Source: a virus | IMG/VR virus record: IMGVR_UViG_3300021964_000022 | Location: 32,001-96,000 of that record | DNA: 64,000 nt | Reading direction: 5' to 3' (one strand) | Part shown: in pieces, positions 18,852-29,665 of the stretch | Layout of the letters: each line of letters opens with the position of its first letter | Position numbering within the stretch: position 1 is the first letter of the stretch | The notes under the pieces: model-generated | Told to the model about the DNA's origin: nothing | Seen by the model: only the letters and a program-made list of their open reading frames with translations | Databases searched by the model: none | Made by a program: the position numbers and the translations under genes

Positions 18852-21800
18852 TTAAGCCTGAGCTTCACCCCATTTAATAATAATATTAGCATTAACTGCC
18901 GCACCTGAAGTTTTATAAACATTCACTGCTAGTACATCTGGTCCATTCGGGAATGTACCTCTACCACCTAGTGTAGTGTTTGTTAATTCTTTTAACTGTC
19001 CTAGATCAAGATCTGATCTTTCACCTGGCGTAGCAATAAATGAAAATACTGTTTCACCTGGCTGTGCATACGGAGGTTGTCTAAACACAAAGTTAAATGC
19101 ATCACCTGGACTAACTGTACCTGTTGCGGCATTGTTAAACGATACTCTGTAGTAGTTAACAAATTCACCCGGTACATCCGGATCACCAAATAGTAACGGT
19201 CCTTCTACACCAGACACATATGTTGATGCTGGAAACGCAATATCACCTTGGTCAGTTGGTGGATCATTAAGTTCTGTACCAGATTTTGCGCCACTTGCTG
19301 TCCATGATGCTTCAGTAAACAACGCAAAGTTTCTGTTATCAGAATCTCCGCCAAAAGCAAATGTAATGTTTTGGTTATCTACTAGGTTACTTGTTGAAGT
19401 TGTACTAAATCTTACAAATACATATGATCCTTGGTTTGTTATCTGAGTAATTGTTGTACCGTTTGCAAATTTTGAATCGTCAACTTCACTACCTACTACT
19501 AAGTTTTTGTCTAAGAAACTTGGGTAGAAGTAAGCATAGTTTCTACGTCTATTAGACTGGAATGTATTCATCTGTGCGTTGACTTGTGTTCTTGGAATGA
19601 TTGTTGCTGTTGCAGTAGTTGATGTATCTCCTGAACTCCATACAACCGAACCACCTGATGCAACTTGTGCGAAACTTGGCTGTCCACCTTGTGCTAGTCC
19701 TGACAGTCCCTGCCAACCAACATCTGCTGGATTCAATGGATAGTTTTGTGGATTAAGAATACCTTCAACAACAATACCGCCTAAGATACTATTTCCACTA
19801 CCGTCTTCACCATCTGATGTAATCTCCATAGACTGCATAAGCAACTGAGCTCTGTTTAGTAGTTCTCTGTCACCTAAGTCGCCAACAATAGCGTTTGAAA
19901 CACTAGGTGCTAGTCGTAATAAGAATGCTGTTTGTCTTGTAGTACTAATAGCCAATCCTGTTTCTGTATATGAGAAGATATATCCTCTATCATCATCAAA
20001 ATTACCATCTGTAATAAACGCTGAACCCCAGTGTGATATAAGTGGTGTAATAGTATTACTTACAAGTACAACACCTGTTTTCTTATCGTGTGTTGTTGCT
20101 GGACCTGCTGTGTACTGTCTTTGGGCACCAGCTTGGAAGTTAAACATACTTACTGCTCTAGTCAATCCTGTTAATCTATTTTGTGCATAATCTACACTAC
20201 TAAATGCAATTAGTTCGTTATCAATATAAACTGTTCCACTAGTTGGGAAGAAACGTGCATCATCTAACGGAACATATGCAGTATTGTCTGACATATTTTC
20301 TGATAGTTTTCCTGGAGGTCCTTCGTTAGTAACTTCATAACGTACAGGTAAGTTACCTGAACGCATAAATGCTTCTGTGTTTACGTTTGAGTTACGCATT
20401 CTGTGTGCAAACACAAAGTTACCATCTGCACCACGTAGCATCCAATCAATAAAACCAGCACCATACCAACTGTACTGAATTCCAATCATCTGCATGTATG
20501 CAATGTCAATTTTATATCCGCTTGGTCCTGTACCATCTAATCTATCTAAGTTGAATTCATCTTGTTTAACTTTTTTATCAGTTACCAAACATACCTTTGC
20601 CGCTAATACAGCATTTACACCTCTGTAATCTGGTGTAACTGTACATTGAGTTTGACTGTTAACATGACTTACAACGTGTGTCATTCCTCTGATAACAATT
20701 CTATCACCTGCTTTTAGCTGATCTCTAAACTTAGTACCAGTTCCTGTAATAAGGTTTGCATCAGGAGCAATAGCAATAGTTCCTGCAATTTGTTTTGTAC
20801 TTGTACGCTGTGCTACTGTAATATTAGAACCATCGTATTCCCAATAAATTCCGTTTTGATCATCAAAGATACCTGAACGCACAGTTGCACCGTGCCAACC
20901 TGTTACAGCAACCTGAGCCGCAAATCCTAGTGTAGCTTCTATACTTCCTAAACGTCTTACACCTAGAACTTTAAATGTTCTTTCGTTTACAACTTGCGTA
21001 ACTGTGTAATTACCATTATAACCTTCTGTCTCTACACCTATAAGTCTAACTTTACCGCCAACCTGCATTCCGTGATCGTTATCATCACATGTTACAGTGA
21101 TTGTTGATCCAACTTCTGTTCCGTTTGAAGTAACACTTGCAATGTCATAACTTGGAGCAAATAGTGCACCAGTTGTGTACATAATACCTTTACCTGATTG
21201 GTATCTAATATATTTCTTACTTTGACGTATTGCTTGTGCGCCGTGTTGTGGTCCGCCTGTTCCTAACTGAACACCACCATCATATGGTCTGTGAATAAAG
21301 AAACTGTCTGGACGTAAGTAGATGTTAGCTAGAATACTATCGTTACCTGTAGTTGTTATAGCACCAGGTGCTCTTGCTGGGTATCTAATAGTATTAACTG
21401 TTGGAACTTGTGTTGCAATAAATGCGCCACTTGCTAATGAGTGATTGTTAGTTCCACCACCTTCTCCATCATCGGAGCTCACTGTTACAATAAATGTCGC
21501 GCCTGGAACAACTCCGTGTGCGTTAGTAAATGTTGCTTCTAATGTTGCTAATGCTTCGAATGGAATCTCTTCAGCCGCTGTAATTGGAGCAGTTGTAAAT
21601 TCTGACATTGTAACTGAGTTAACTAATGATAAACTATCACCTGCAATACTTGTACCTGTTACTGATCCAGTTGAAATTGCACCAGTTGACACACCGGTTA
21701 CAGTTACTACGGCATCATTTGCTGGACTTGCGCCACCTAAATCAGTACCTAAAATAGTAATAGTATTACCCACTCTATAGTTTGTACCGCCAGTTACATT

Positions 21801-24800
21801 AACTGCTACTGAAGCGTATGCGGAACCTGTTCTTGTAATATCTAAACTTGCGCCTGATCCGTTGTTTGCAACGTTTGTACCTGATACTCCCGTAAACACA
21901 CTAGCTAATGTGCTAGGTGTACCAACTGAACTTATTGCTTCAACTTCACCTAAGTTACCTGCTGTAGTTACAGTTATGGTTATATCATTAGCCGGAGTTG
22001 ATCCGCCTAATTGACTTCCTTCAATAACAAATGTTTGACCTAGGTGGTAATCTGTTCCAGCAGTAGCAATAGTTACTGTGTATGCCGCACCATCATTTTC
22101 AATATCAAATGTTGCACCTGAGCCTGCTAAGTCACTACCACTTTTACCAAAGAAGCCGCCTGAATCTGCCGCTGTTGCTTGTGATGATACATCAGCGCCT
22201 TCTATTCTAAATCCTATTACTTCACCACTTGCACCTACATCGTTAATTCTTAAAACTAAGTTATTTGTTGGCGCTGTACCACCTAAATCAGCACCTGAAC
22301 AAGTAATTGTGTCTGCTGTTGTATAACCTGTACCAGCCGCTGAAATATTTACACTGTAAATACCACTTGATGCTGTAACACCAAATTCAAAGCCCGAACC
22401 TGAACCACCAGTGTAACTTAATTCACTGCTGTTAAAGTTATATGATCTATCTTCTGGCGGTGGAGTACCTATTGACCAGTCGCCTGTATCAATAGCTGTA
22501 CCTGTAATATTTCCTGAGCCGTCTACACTTGTTACTTTAAATACTAAATCGTTACCGCCAGCACTTTGATTACCGTCTACACCAGTTCCTGGTAATATAC
22601 TGCTACCTAAGACTCTAATTCTATCATTAACAGCATAACCTGCACTGCCGTTCGGTGAATTTAGTGTAACAGTAGCATATGCACCGTCTGCATAAGTAAT
22701 GTCTATCTGTGGTAACGTACTACCGCCTGCGTTTGTATATGTTGTAGTTGGATTATTATATGTAATCGCACCGTCTAGTGCTGTACCTGAGATAGTTACT
22801 GCTGTAATACCTCCACTACCGTCAACTGTTGAAACTGTAATTGTTGCATCATTAGCAGGAGTTGTGCCGCCTGTGTTTGCTCCAGATACTAATATCTGAT
22901 CGCCTGTAACATATCCGCTACCTGCTTGATCAATACTGTCAACACTATAAACTGCGCCAGCCTTGCTTACCGTAAATTCTGCGTTAATACCTGCGGCCGC
23001 TGTTGTTGTTCCTGAAACTGCTGTATAAGTTTGTTGGCTTTGTGTTAGTGCCGCTGTAAATTCGCCACTCATAGTTACAGTATTTCCTGTAACGTCTGTT
23101 ACGAAAATACCATCACCTGTACCATTATTTGCCGCTAGTCCGACTACAATACCTGTAGTACTTGATACATCAAATGTAGTATCACCTATACTAATAGGTG
23201 CAGTAGTTATCGGTACTAATGCATTTCCGTTTGGAGTACTTGAAACACCAGTTACCTGTGCGCCTTCTGGAATATCAGCATAAACAATCGGTGCGCCAAT
23301 TTCTGGAACATCACCTGTAAATGCTAATCTATTTTCACCAGTCTGAGCCGCTAAACTAAGTGTCATAGTACCCGCAGTACCGTTACTTACAACAGTAACA
23401 GCTGGGTTACCAACTGCCGCTCCTGTATAAAAATCACCTTTACGTAATTGTGTATAAGTTGTTGAAAGAACATCACCGTTAGTTGTACCAACTTTTGCTT
23501 TTGCAAAAAATGTAAATGTATTATTTGTAGGAACAGTAGTAATAACAAAACTACCTTCTGCTCTACTTGCGCCGACTACACTGTCTTCAAGAGCTTTAAT
23601 TGTAATTGGAGTACCAGGAGTAAATCCGTGTGAACCCTGTGTAGTAACTGTAATTAAACTTGCACCAATTCCATCTGTGCCAGCTGAAGCGTCTGTAACA
23701 ACTGATTGTACTTCTGTATCAGTGCCTGGAATTTCGTATATACTCGGATAACCACGCTGTGTACCAATAGCTGACCATTTAGTAGGCTGTAGTCCATATT
23801 CAAAGTCAGCGTCAAGCATTGACAATGGAGGAGCAATACGCATACGCTCAATAGCATCAGTACCAAAATCGTATGGTCTTGTTCTAATTTCTGGAGTTTC
23901 TACATAAATTTGTACATCATCTGTAGTTTCATGTGCCGATGTATTGTACTTAAGATTAAGTGTAACAACACCGTCTGTCATCTGTAGATATTTTTTAAAG
24001 TCATCATCAGCATCTCTGTTTGCAGATGTAAAGTCGTATTTTAGTGTATAACCACTACTGTCTCGAGGTATGTCATCTGTTTTAAGTGCTAGTGTTGCTC
24101 CTTTAGCAGGGTCGCTAAAGTTATAAATTATTTCGTTACGTGTACTATTTGTAATTAAAAGTATATCACTTAAATCATAATTACCTTCAAATCTAATATG
24201 ACCTAAACCTTTGTTTTCTAAAGTAGGTAAACTACTTAGACCATTTGTAATAACATCAATTACTATTCCAGAAAGTGTACTAATTCTAGTTGCACCATTT
24301 CCTTCTGCTGTTTTAGAAACATCAATAGTTTGAGCTATTTCTGATTGATATGGCGTAGCTTGTGCAGTATTTGTTAAGATGTTGTTGTTAATTAAGTTTC
24401 TTGTAAATTCTTTTGCACGTATTTCTGGAAGTCTGTCGCCATCAACCTGAGCTACACTTCCTTCCCAATATGTGCTTGCTATTCTATATGTTTCTTCATT
24501 ACCATTATATCGTAAATCATGTAACCACGCTGTAAGGTTAAAGCCTGTATCACGTTCACACTTTTCTTGGTTATATGAGTATGCCGCTTCTGGAGTAACT
24601 TCAGAAATAATAGTTGTTTGGTTTGAATCAATAGCATTATAAGCAGTTGTTAAACTTGCACTTACCCAACCAATACTAGGTGTTGTTCTTGTTATACTAT
24701 CAATTGATCCTGCTGTTGTAATTTCGTTTGCTGTATATTGAATTAATGTATTCCAATTAATATTACCAATAGTAACAATATCAGAACCGCCATCTTCGTC

Positions 24801-25619
24801 TTGAGCAACGTTGTTACCTGTTTGCGGAGTTACTGTATTACCTTGAATAATTTCTAAACCAATTGTTTTAAGATGTGCTATTGCCGCAAGCATTGCTGTT
24901 TGGTATTCTTCTCTACCAACTTCACTGTATGTTACCATACCTTTTGCCGCGTCCCAACTTGCCGCAGTTCCGCCATATATAATATCGTAAGTAGCGGCCA
25001 TTGTTAAAATTTTAATATCGTTTTCAAATAAATCTTGATCGTAACCTAGTGTAGGATAGTTAACATTTACATATGCACTGACATCGTTTACAATAAAGTT
25101 TAAGTTAGCGTTAAGCTGATTTTTTGCTGATACATTGTCAACGTTTGCACTAGTTGGATCTGTCCATGTAACTGTATCTGCACTTAGATAACCGTTTTGT
25201 GCAACGTCAATTACTTCATTCCATGCCGCGTTTAATCTTGCTACGGCTGTTGCATCTGCTTTTACACCACTTAGGTCAGCAAATCTTGCTTTAGCATTAA
25301 CAAGAGTATTGACAACAGTATTACTAATGTCGATAGAATATTGCTCCATAGTACCTTGGAATATTGCATTATAATTTGTTCCGAACGCCATATCATATTG
25401 TGTAGCGTCTGTAATGTATCCTAAGTCTCTAATACACTTTGCTCGATTAAATAAGAAGTCTGTGTTTCCGTTATCAACTTGTGCTTGTATCCAAGCCGCT
25501 ACCTCTTTCTTTAAAAAGTTGTAGTTTTGATTAATTAAACTCCAAGCATTTGGATAAGCATTGTCGTCTATCCCTAGTCCAGGTCTAAACACATAATTTT
25601 CTATCTTTTTCTTTGCCAT
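18852..25619 (-). CDS. Very large virion structural (tail/baseplate-associated) protein, 2255 aa
   Basis: G/T/S/A-rich beta composition, internal repeats (G..LGG..PAND..ITV), N-terminal KC.RD helical repeats, located in the late structural unit. Confidence 0.75.
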   Translation of the reverse strand: MAKKKIENYVFRPGLGIDDNAYPNAWSLINQNYNFLKKEVAAWIQAQVDNGNTDFLFNRAKCIRDLGYITDATQYDMAFGTNYNAIFQGTMEQYSIDISNTVVNTLVNAKARFADLSGVKADATAVARLNAAWNEVIDVAQNGYLSADTVTWTDPTSANVDNVSAKNQLNANLNFIVNDVSAYVNVNYPTLGYDQDLFENDIKILTMAATYDIIYGGTAASWDAAKGMVTYSEVGREEYQTAMLAAIAHLKTIGLEIIQGNTVTPQTGNNVAQDEDGGSDIVTIGNINWNTLIQYTANEITTAGSIDSITRTTPSIGWVSASLTTAYNAIDSNQTTIISEVTPEAAYSYNQEKCERDTGFNLTAWLHDLRYNGNEETYRIASTYWEGSVAQVDGDRLPEIRAKEFTRNLINNNILTNTAQATPYQSEIAQTIDVSKTAEGNGATRISTLSGIVIDVITNGLSSLPTLENKGLGHIRFEGNYDLSDILLITNSTRNEIIYNFSDPAKGATLALKTDDIPRDSSGYTLKYDFTSANRDADDDFKKYLQMTDGVVTLNLKYNTSAHETTDDVQIYVETPEIRTRPYDFGTDAIERMRIAPPLSMLDADFEYGLQPTKWSAIGTQRGYPSIYEIPGTDTEVQSVVTDASAGTDGIGASLITVTTQGSHGFTPGTPITIKALEDSVVGASRAEGSFVITTVPTNNTFTFFAKAKVGTTNGDVLSTTYTQLRKGDFYTGAAVGNPAVTVVSNGTAGTMTLSLAAQTGENRLAFTGDVPEIGAPIVYADIPEGAQVTGVSSTPNGNALVPITTAPISIGDTTFDVSSTTGIVVGLAANNGTGDGIFVTDVTGNTVTMSGEFTAALTQSQQTYTAVSGTTTAAAGINAEFTVSKAGAVYSVDSIDQAGSGYVTGDQILVSGANTGGTTPANDATITVSTVDGSGGITAVTISGTALDGAITYNNPTTTYTNAGGSTLPQIDITYADGAYATVTLNSPNGSAGYAVNDRIRVLGSSILPGTGVDGNQSAGGNDLVFKVTSVDGSGNITGTAIDTGDWSIGTPPPEDRSYNFNSSELSYTGGSGSGFEFGVTASSGIYSVNISAAGTGYTTADTITCSGADLGGTAPTNNLVLRINDVGASGEVIGFRIEGADVSSQATAADSGGFFGKSGSDLAGSGATFDIENDGAAYTVTIATAGTDYHLGQTFVIEGSQLGGSTPANDITITVTTAGNLGEVEAISSVGTPSTLASVFTGVSGTNVANNGSGASLDITRTGSAYASVAVNVTGGTNYRVGNTITILGTDLGGASPANDAVVTVTGVSTGAISTGSVTGTSIAGDSLSLVNSVTMSEFTTAPITAAEEIPFEALATLEATFTNAHGVVPGATFIVTVSSDDGEGGGTNNHSLASGAFIATQVPTVNTIRYPARAPGAITTTGNDSILANIYLRPDSFFIHRPYDGGVQLGTGGPQHGAQAIRQSKKYIRYQSGKGIMYTTGALFAPSYDIASVTSNGTEVGSTITVTCDDNDHGMQVGGKVRLIGVETEGYNGNYTVTQVVNERTFKVLGVRRLGSIEATLGFAAQVAVTGWHGATVRSGIFDDQNGIYWEYDGSNITVAQRTSTKQIAGTIAIAPDANLITGTGTKFRDQLKAGDRIVIRGMTHVVSHVNSQTQCTVTPDYRGVNAVLAAKVCLVTDKKVKQDEFNLDRLDGTGPSGYKIDIAYMQMIGIQYSWYGAGFIDWMLRGADGNFVFAHRMRNSNVNTEAFMRSGNLPVRYEVTNEGPPGKLSENMSDNTAYVPLDDARFFPTSGTVYIDNELIAFSSVDYAQNRLTGLTRAVSMFNFQAGAQRQYTAGPATTHDKKTGVVLVSNTITPLISHWGSAFITDGNFDDDRGYIFSYTETGLAISTTRQTAFLLRLAPSVSNAIVGDLGDRELLNRAQLLMQSMEITSDGEDGSGNSILGGIVVEGILNPQNYPLNPADVGWQGLSGLAQGGQPSFAQVASGGSVVWSSGDTSTTATATIIPRTQVNAQMNTFQSNRRRNYAYFYPSFLDKNLVVGSEVDDSKFANGTTITQITNQGSYVFVRFSTTSTSNLVDNQNITFAFGGDSDNRNFALFTEASWTASGAKSGTELNDPPTDQGDIAFPASTYVSGVEGPLLFGDPDVPGEFVNYYRVSFNNAATGTVSPGDAFNFVFRQPPYAQPGETVFSFIATPGERSDLDLGQLKELTNTTLGGRGTFPNGPDVLAVNVYKTSGAAVNANIIIKWGEAQA
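21680..22900 (-). repeat. At least four degenerate intragenic Ig-like repeats (G..LGG..PAND..ITV..V...G)
   Basis: SGANTGGTTPANDATITV, SGADLGGTAPTNNLVLRI, EGSQLGGSTPANDITITV and LGTDLGGASPANDAVVTV. Boundaries are approximate. Confidence 0.7.
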
Positions 25620-25625
25620 TCTTTT

Positions 25626-26186
25626 TTATACTCCAAGTGCTATTGATAAAGCTATAGCTTGACTGTCTACGTAACTTTTAGTAGTTACGTGATTGTTTAT
25701 TGTAGGTGCTACTGAAACTGAAGGAACGTTAGTAAATGTAATTCCTCCATTAAAAGTTGCTCCGTCTGCATTTAATACTGCCGCTGTACTGTCGCCTGCT
25801 GGAACAATATCAAGTTCATAAAACTTTGCTTGTCCAGGCGTAGTCTGACCAATATCCATATTATCTATAGATCCAGTATTTGTACTTGCTACAGTAACTA
25901 TACCGTTAGCAACACTTAAATTTGATACACTACTTTGTGTAACATTAAAGGATGTGTTTACAGATAAGTCTGCAATATTTTCAAAAGGATTAACAGCTTC
26001 GCCGCCACCGCCGCCATCATCATCGCCGCCATCGTCAACGGCTCCAACAAAAGGAACACCGTTTAGCAAAATTTGTTTGACGTTTAGTATTTCACTAGTA
26101 AGTCTTCCGTTAATGTCAACAGTAAACTTAGGACTTTCAAATCCTTGTTCTGACTTAAACTTTTTTGTATTTACTACTGCCGCCAT
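25626..26186 (-). CDS. Small virion/fibre-associated protein
   Basis: Acidic Gly linker DDGGDDDGGGGGE and C-terminal TTKSYVD..AIALSIALG, a pattern common in phage fibre proteins. Confidence 0.6.
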   Translation of the reverse strand: MAAVVNTKKFKSEQGFESPKFTVDINGRLTSEILNVKQILLNGVPFVGAVDDGGDDDGGGGGEAVNPFENIADLSVNTSFNVTQSSVSNLSVANGIVTVASTNTGSIDNMDIGQTTPGQAKFYELDIVPAGDSTAAVLNADGATFNGGITFTNVPSVSVAPTINNHVTTKSYVDSQAIALSIALGV

Positions 26187-26195
26187 TATCTATCC

Positions 26196-27692
26196 TTAAA
26201 TACTTGCTATGTCTTTGATCACAATATTTCCACGCATTGCTGAGTGTACTGTACACTGATAAGCATATGTTCCGGTTGTACTTGCTGGAATTTTCCAGTA
26301 AAGTGTGCCGTCTGTTTTTCCTTGTGCTGAACTTCCTGTAGTTATATTGCCACTACCGTCAACATGTACAAGTCCAGTATTGTATGCAATACCACCACTT
26401 GTTTCAATTTGGAATGGATGATTACCTAAAGAAGAATCATTCAAATCAAATGCAATAGTAGTTCCGCTTATTGCGTAAACACTAGGATCTTGATTTGCTC
26501 CGTATTGATCAAACAAGTAACCTGATGAGCCAGCCGCTGTAACTGTTAATCTAGTTATTGCAGGAAATGCTACTTGGTCAATTTTAATTTCGTTGTTATC
26601 TATTAAATTATCTGATCCGTCAAAATGTGCTAGTGCGCCTGTTGCAGGAGTTGTAATATTAGTATCACTTAGGCCAGCTAATGTTGGTGCCGCACCTGAA
26701 TACGCAATTTCAATTGTGTCTCCAGTAACAGTGGTTGTAATATTTGAGCCACCTTGTATTGTTAGTGTGTCAGTTGTTGTATCAGCTTCTGCAATACCGC
26801 TGTCACCTTGTACAAAACTAAATGCATTCTGGTTAGCTTCTCCGGAAAGTGCATCACCTGCATAGTTAATAGTAAGAGTATCTCCTACAACAGTTGTACT
26901 AATATTTGTACCGCCTGCTATAGTAAGTGAGTCTGTTGCACTATTTGCAGTTGTAGTTCCATTGTCGCCGTTAAATGTTTCGAATAAATTTTGTGTGCCG
27001 CCAGATGCTACTGTTGTAAAACTAAAGTTGCCTGCGCCATCTGTTTGTAATACTTGATTAGCTGTACCGTCAACAATTGATAAATCAGTTAACACTGCTG
27101 GAATAGTAGGCTTGTTTGAAAAGTTGTTCCAGTTTAAATAATATGAACCGTCTTGACCATCAAGTGTATCAGCGTCTGTTCCGCCTCCGCCAGTTGTTAC
27201 GTCAGTACCTGGTGCCCATTTTGCTCCATCCCATTTAAGAACTGCTCCAGTGAATGGCGTTACTGAAGTTGTGTCTACGTCTGTTAAAGAGTCAATGCCA
27301 CCATTATAAGCTACTGATGCTAATGGATCTGTATAGTTTGGAATTGCGCCGCCGCTTGTATCTAAAAGCAATTTTCTCCATTGATTACTATGTGCAACAA
27401 CAACATTACCTGTTTGGTGTACATGTAGTATTGCTCCATGATAATCTGCTGGATTAATTGCATTCAGTGCCGCTGTTGATTCACAAAGTAAACTTATTTT
27501 GTTAACTTTATTTGATACAGGAGGAACATCAAGTTCTAGAGTTGAATTGACCAAATCTTTTAAACTAGTTCCGTCACCTAGCGAATCGTATATTTCGTTT
27601 GTGTTTGCGTTTATTTTGGTAGCACCTGCTCTGATGTTATCTCCGGTTCCATCATTAGCGGCTGTACCTATATTAATTATGCTTTTTGCCAT
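26196..27692 (-). CDS. Baseplate/tail fibre protein with gp9/gp10-type N-terminus and C-terminal cupredoxin-like domain
   Basis: INIGT.ANDGTGD..R....KIN.N..EIY, VLKWDG..W, ADTLDG.DGSYYL, QVLQTDG.GNFSF; C-terminal HPFQI...YQCTVHSAMRG. Confidence 0.75.
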   Translation of the reverse strand: MAKSIINIGTAANDGTGDNIRAGATKINANTNEIYDSLGDGTSLKDLVNSTLELDVPPVSNKVNKISLLCESTAALNAINPADYHGAILHVHQTGNVVVAHSNQWRKLLLDTSGGAIPNYTDPLASVAYNGGIDSLTDVDTTSVTPFTGAVLKWDGAKWAPGTDVTTGGGGTDADTLDGQDGSYYLNWNNFSNKPTIPAVLTDLSIVDGTANQVLQTDGAGNFSFTTVASGGTQNLFETFNGDNGTTTANSATDSLTIAGGTNISTTVVGDTLTINYAGDALSGEANQNAFSFVQGDSGIAEADTTTDTLTIQGGSNITTTVTGDTIEIAYSGAAPTLAGLSDTNITTPATGALAHFDGSDNLIDNNEIKIDQVAFPAITRLTVTAAGSSGYLFDQYGANQDPSVYAISGTTIAFDLNDSSLGNHPFQIETSGGIAYNTGLVHVDGSGNITTGSSAQGKTDGTLYWKIPASTTGTYAYQCTVHSAMRGNIVIKDIASI

Positions 27693-27695
27693 TTC

Positions 27696-28205
27696 TTATG
27701 TCCTATCAAATGTTACTGTTGAATTATCAAATGTTCCACCAGTCTCATCAAATGTATTTATGCTTCCTGAGTCAGTACTCACATCAGCAACGGCACTTGG
27801 TGATACCAGTTGATGTATAGTCTCTGCGTATGTAGCATGAAAGATTAACTTTGCCCCTGCGTAAATATTGCTTGCTGGATTAACAATAACTTTACATATA
27901 GTTTGATCTACTGTTACACTGATGTTAATTAAATCGTTTGTTAGTGAAGAACGTCCATAAACATTGTAACTTGCTAAGTCTGGTCTTGCAACAACTGAAA
28001 GTTGAAGTATTTCTTTATTATTACTATCAAACTCTACTGTTATTTGGTATATTGCACTACTTATTTGACCAACATGGAATTGATCCATGATAGTATTAGT
28101 GTGTACACCCAACCAGTTACCTCTATAAGAGAAGTTACTTCTCGAAGGAAGGCTTATGGATTCATTAACACCCTTTTTAAATAGATTTGTTACGGTCTTG
28201 TTCAT
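27696..28205 (-). CDS. Hypothetical virion protein
   Basis: 169 aa; GATAAATA (28222-28229) and an AAGGAG RBS; first gene of a structural unit. Confidence 0.65.
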   Translation of the reverse strand: MNKTVTNLFKKGVNESISLPSRSNFSYRGNWLGVHTNTIMDQFHVGQISSAIYQITVEFDSNNKEILQLSVVARPDLASYNVYGRSSLTNDLINISVTVDQTICKVIVNPASNIYAGAKLIFHATYAETIHQLVSPSAVADVSTDSGSINTFDETGGTFDNSTVTFDRT

Positions 28206-28224
28206 ATGGAGCTCCTTACTGTAT

Positions 28225-28797
28225 TTATCCAGTAAGCGCCGTTAAGCTCTCTGCGAATTCATAAAGGTTTTCGTACACTTCAGTTTGTTTTTTAAGATCT
28301 TTGTTTGCAAAAGTGTTAAGTTTCTCTAGGGTTTCAAGGCCGTAACCTGTTTTAACAAGTACTGGCTTTGCTTTCGCCTTTACAGCCGCCTTTAAGTCCG
28401 ATATTTTATCTCCTACGTATAATCCGTTCTTCCAATTTACACCAATCTGTGTTTCAGCACGACGAAACATTCCTATATTAGGTTTAGCATATATGTCATC
28501 TTTTAAATTAGTTGTACTATAATACAATCCGTTAATACTGCTACAACCTACTTGTCCAAATAATCTTAGCATGTGTTCGTGAACTATATCAACATCCTCT
28601 GCCGTCATGTTTCCCTTAGTGATACCTGCTTGATTAGTCAATATTACTACATCGTAACCCTTATCCCTAATCATTTTAACTGCTTCTAAGCTACCTGGAA
28701 TAGGTTCAAATTGTTCTGGTTTTGTTACATACGTTCCGATATCTTTATTAATTGTTCCGTCTCTATCTAATCCAATTACTGGTGGTGTTTTAGTCAT
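28225..28797 (-). CDS. gmhB: D-glycero-D-manno-heptose 1,7-bisphosphate phosphatase (HAD IIIA)
   Basis: LDRDGTIN, ILTNQAG, KPNIGM, YVGD..SD..AA and LVKTGYG. Confidence 0.88.
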   Translation of the reverse strand: MTKTPPVIGLDRDGTINKDIGTYVTKPEQFEPIPGSLEAVKMIRDKGYDVVILTNQAGITKGNMTAEDVDIVHEHMLRLFGQVGCSSINGLYYSTTNLKDDIYAKPNIGMFRRAETQIGVNWKNGLYVGDKISDLKAAVKAKAKPVLVKTGYGLETLEKLNTFANKDLKKQTEVYENLYEFAESLTALTG

Positions 28798-29665
28798 CTG
28801 ACCATCCTATCTTATCTGTGTTTAATTCTATCCATCCAAGTTTACTTAAAACTGGTAGGTAGTTCTCTGTTATTTTAGTTTGATAATGTTCTGCTAATTC
28901 TATTGCCTTTTCATTTAATTCAGTTTCACCTAGCAGAGGTAAAATATATTCTTCTAAGTATTTTAAATACTCAAACGGTAAAGGATGCATCTCGGCTCGA
29001 GCTTCTTCTAAAGTATCTCCCATATTTGCTAACGTCATTGGGCGACTGTCAACATATTTTTCCGGATCTTTAGGATTATATCCGTTCCAATCCATAATTG
29101 CAGGAGCATCAGAAGTTAAATAATTTTTATATTGATTAAGAACTCCGTTTACACTGCTCGGAGTAAGTGGCTCAGTGTAGTCGAGTTTACTATTTTTATC
29201 AGTTAAATTATTATAATGATCTGCATAAGCAAATTTTATATATTTACAACCTTTTTGTTTTAAAAATATTTCTATACTTGCAATCATAGCACAGTCTCTC
29301 ATTACACAATGTACTTGATCTGCCCATTGGTACTGATCTCTATAATCAAAATTATTTAATGTCATTGGTTCGTGTTTTAATTGGCCGTGATATAAATTTC
29401 CTGCATTATGCCAGCCCGTTCCTTCGATCCACCTATCATCTCGTAGCATACTTGTCCATTGTACTATAATGATATCGTCTTTTGTAAAATTATAAATCGA
29501 ATCTGCTTCAAATATTCTAGTAAAAATATATTGATTACCGGCACCTGACTTCCCCCAGTTCTCTGATTTTTCAAGTTTATCTCCAAAATGCCAAATTAAT
29601 AAGTCGGCCCATGTAGGATAAAAAAATTGTGTTAAACTACACCCGAAGGTAAAAAGTCTAGCCAT
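28790..29665 (-). CDS. Hypothetical protein, SGNH-like
   Basis: LFTFGCS.T...W.D, N.G.SGAGN, IIVQWT...R.D and a C-terminal HP. Confidence 0.5.
   Translation of the reverse strand: MARLFTFGCSLTQFFYPTWADLLIWHFGDKLEKSENWGKSGAGNQYIFTRIFEADSIYNFTKDDIIIVQWTSMLRDDRWIEGTGWHNAGNLYHGQLKHEPMTLNNFDYRDQYQWADQVHCVMRDCAMIASIEIFLKQKGCKYIKFAYADHYNNLTDKNSKLDYTEPLTPSSVNGVLNQYKNYLTSDAPAIMDWNGYNPKDPEKYVDSRPMTLANMGDTLEEARAEMHPLPFEYLKYLEEYILPLLGETELNEKAIELAEHYQTKITENYLPVLSKLGWIELNTDKIGWSDD

Noticed and set aside
25998-26040. GC-rich (CCG/CAT)n tract
   Set aside because: It simply encodes a DDGGDDDGGGGGE linker; there is no evidence for phase variation.
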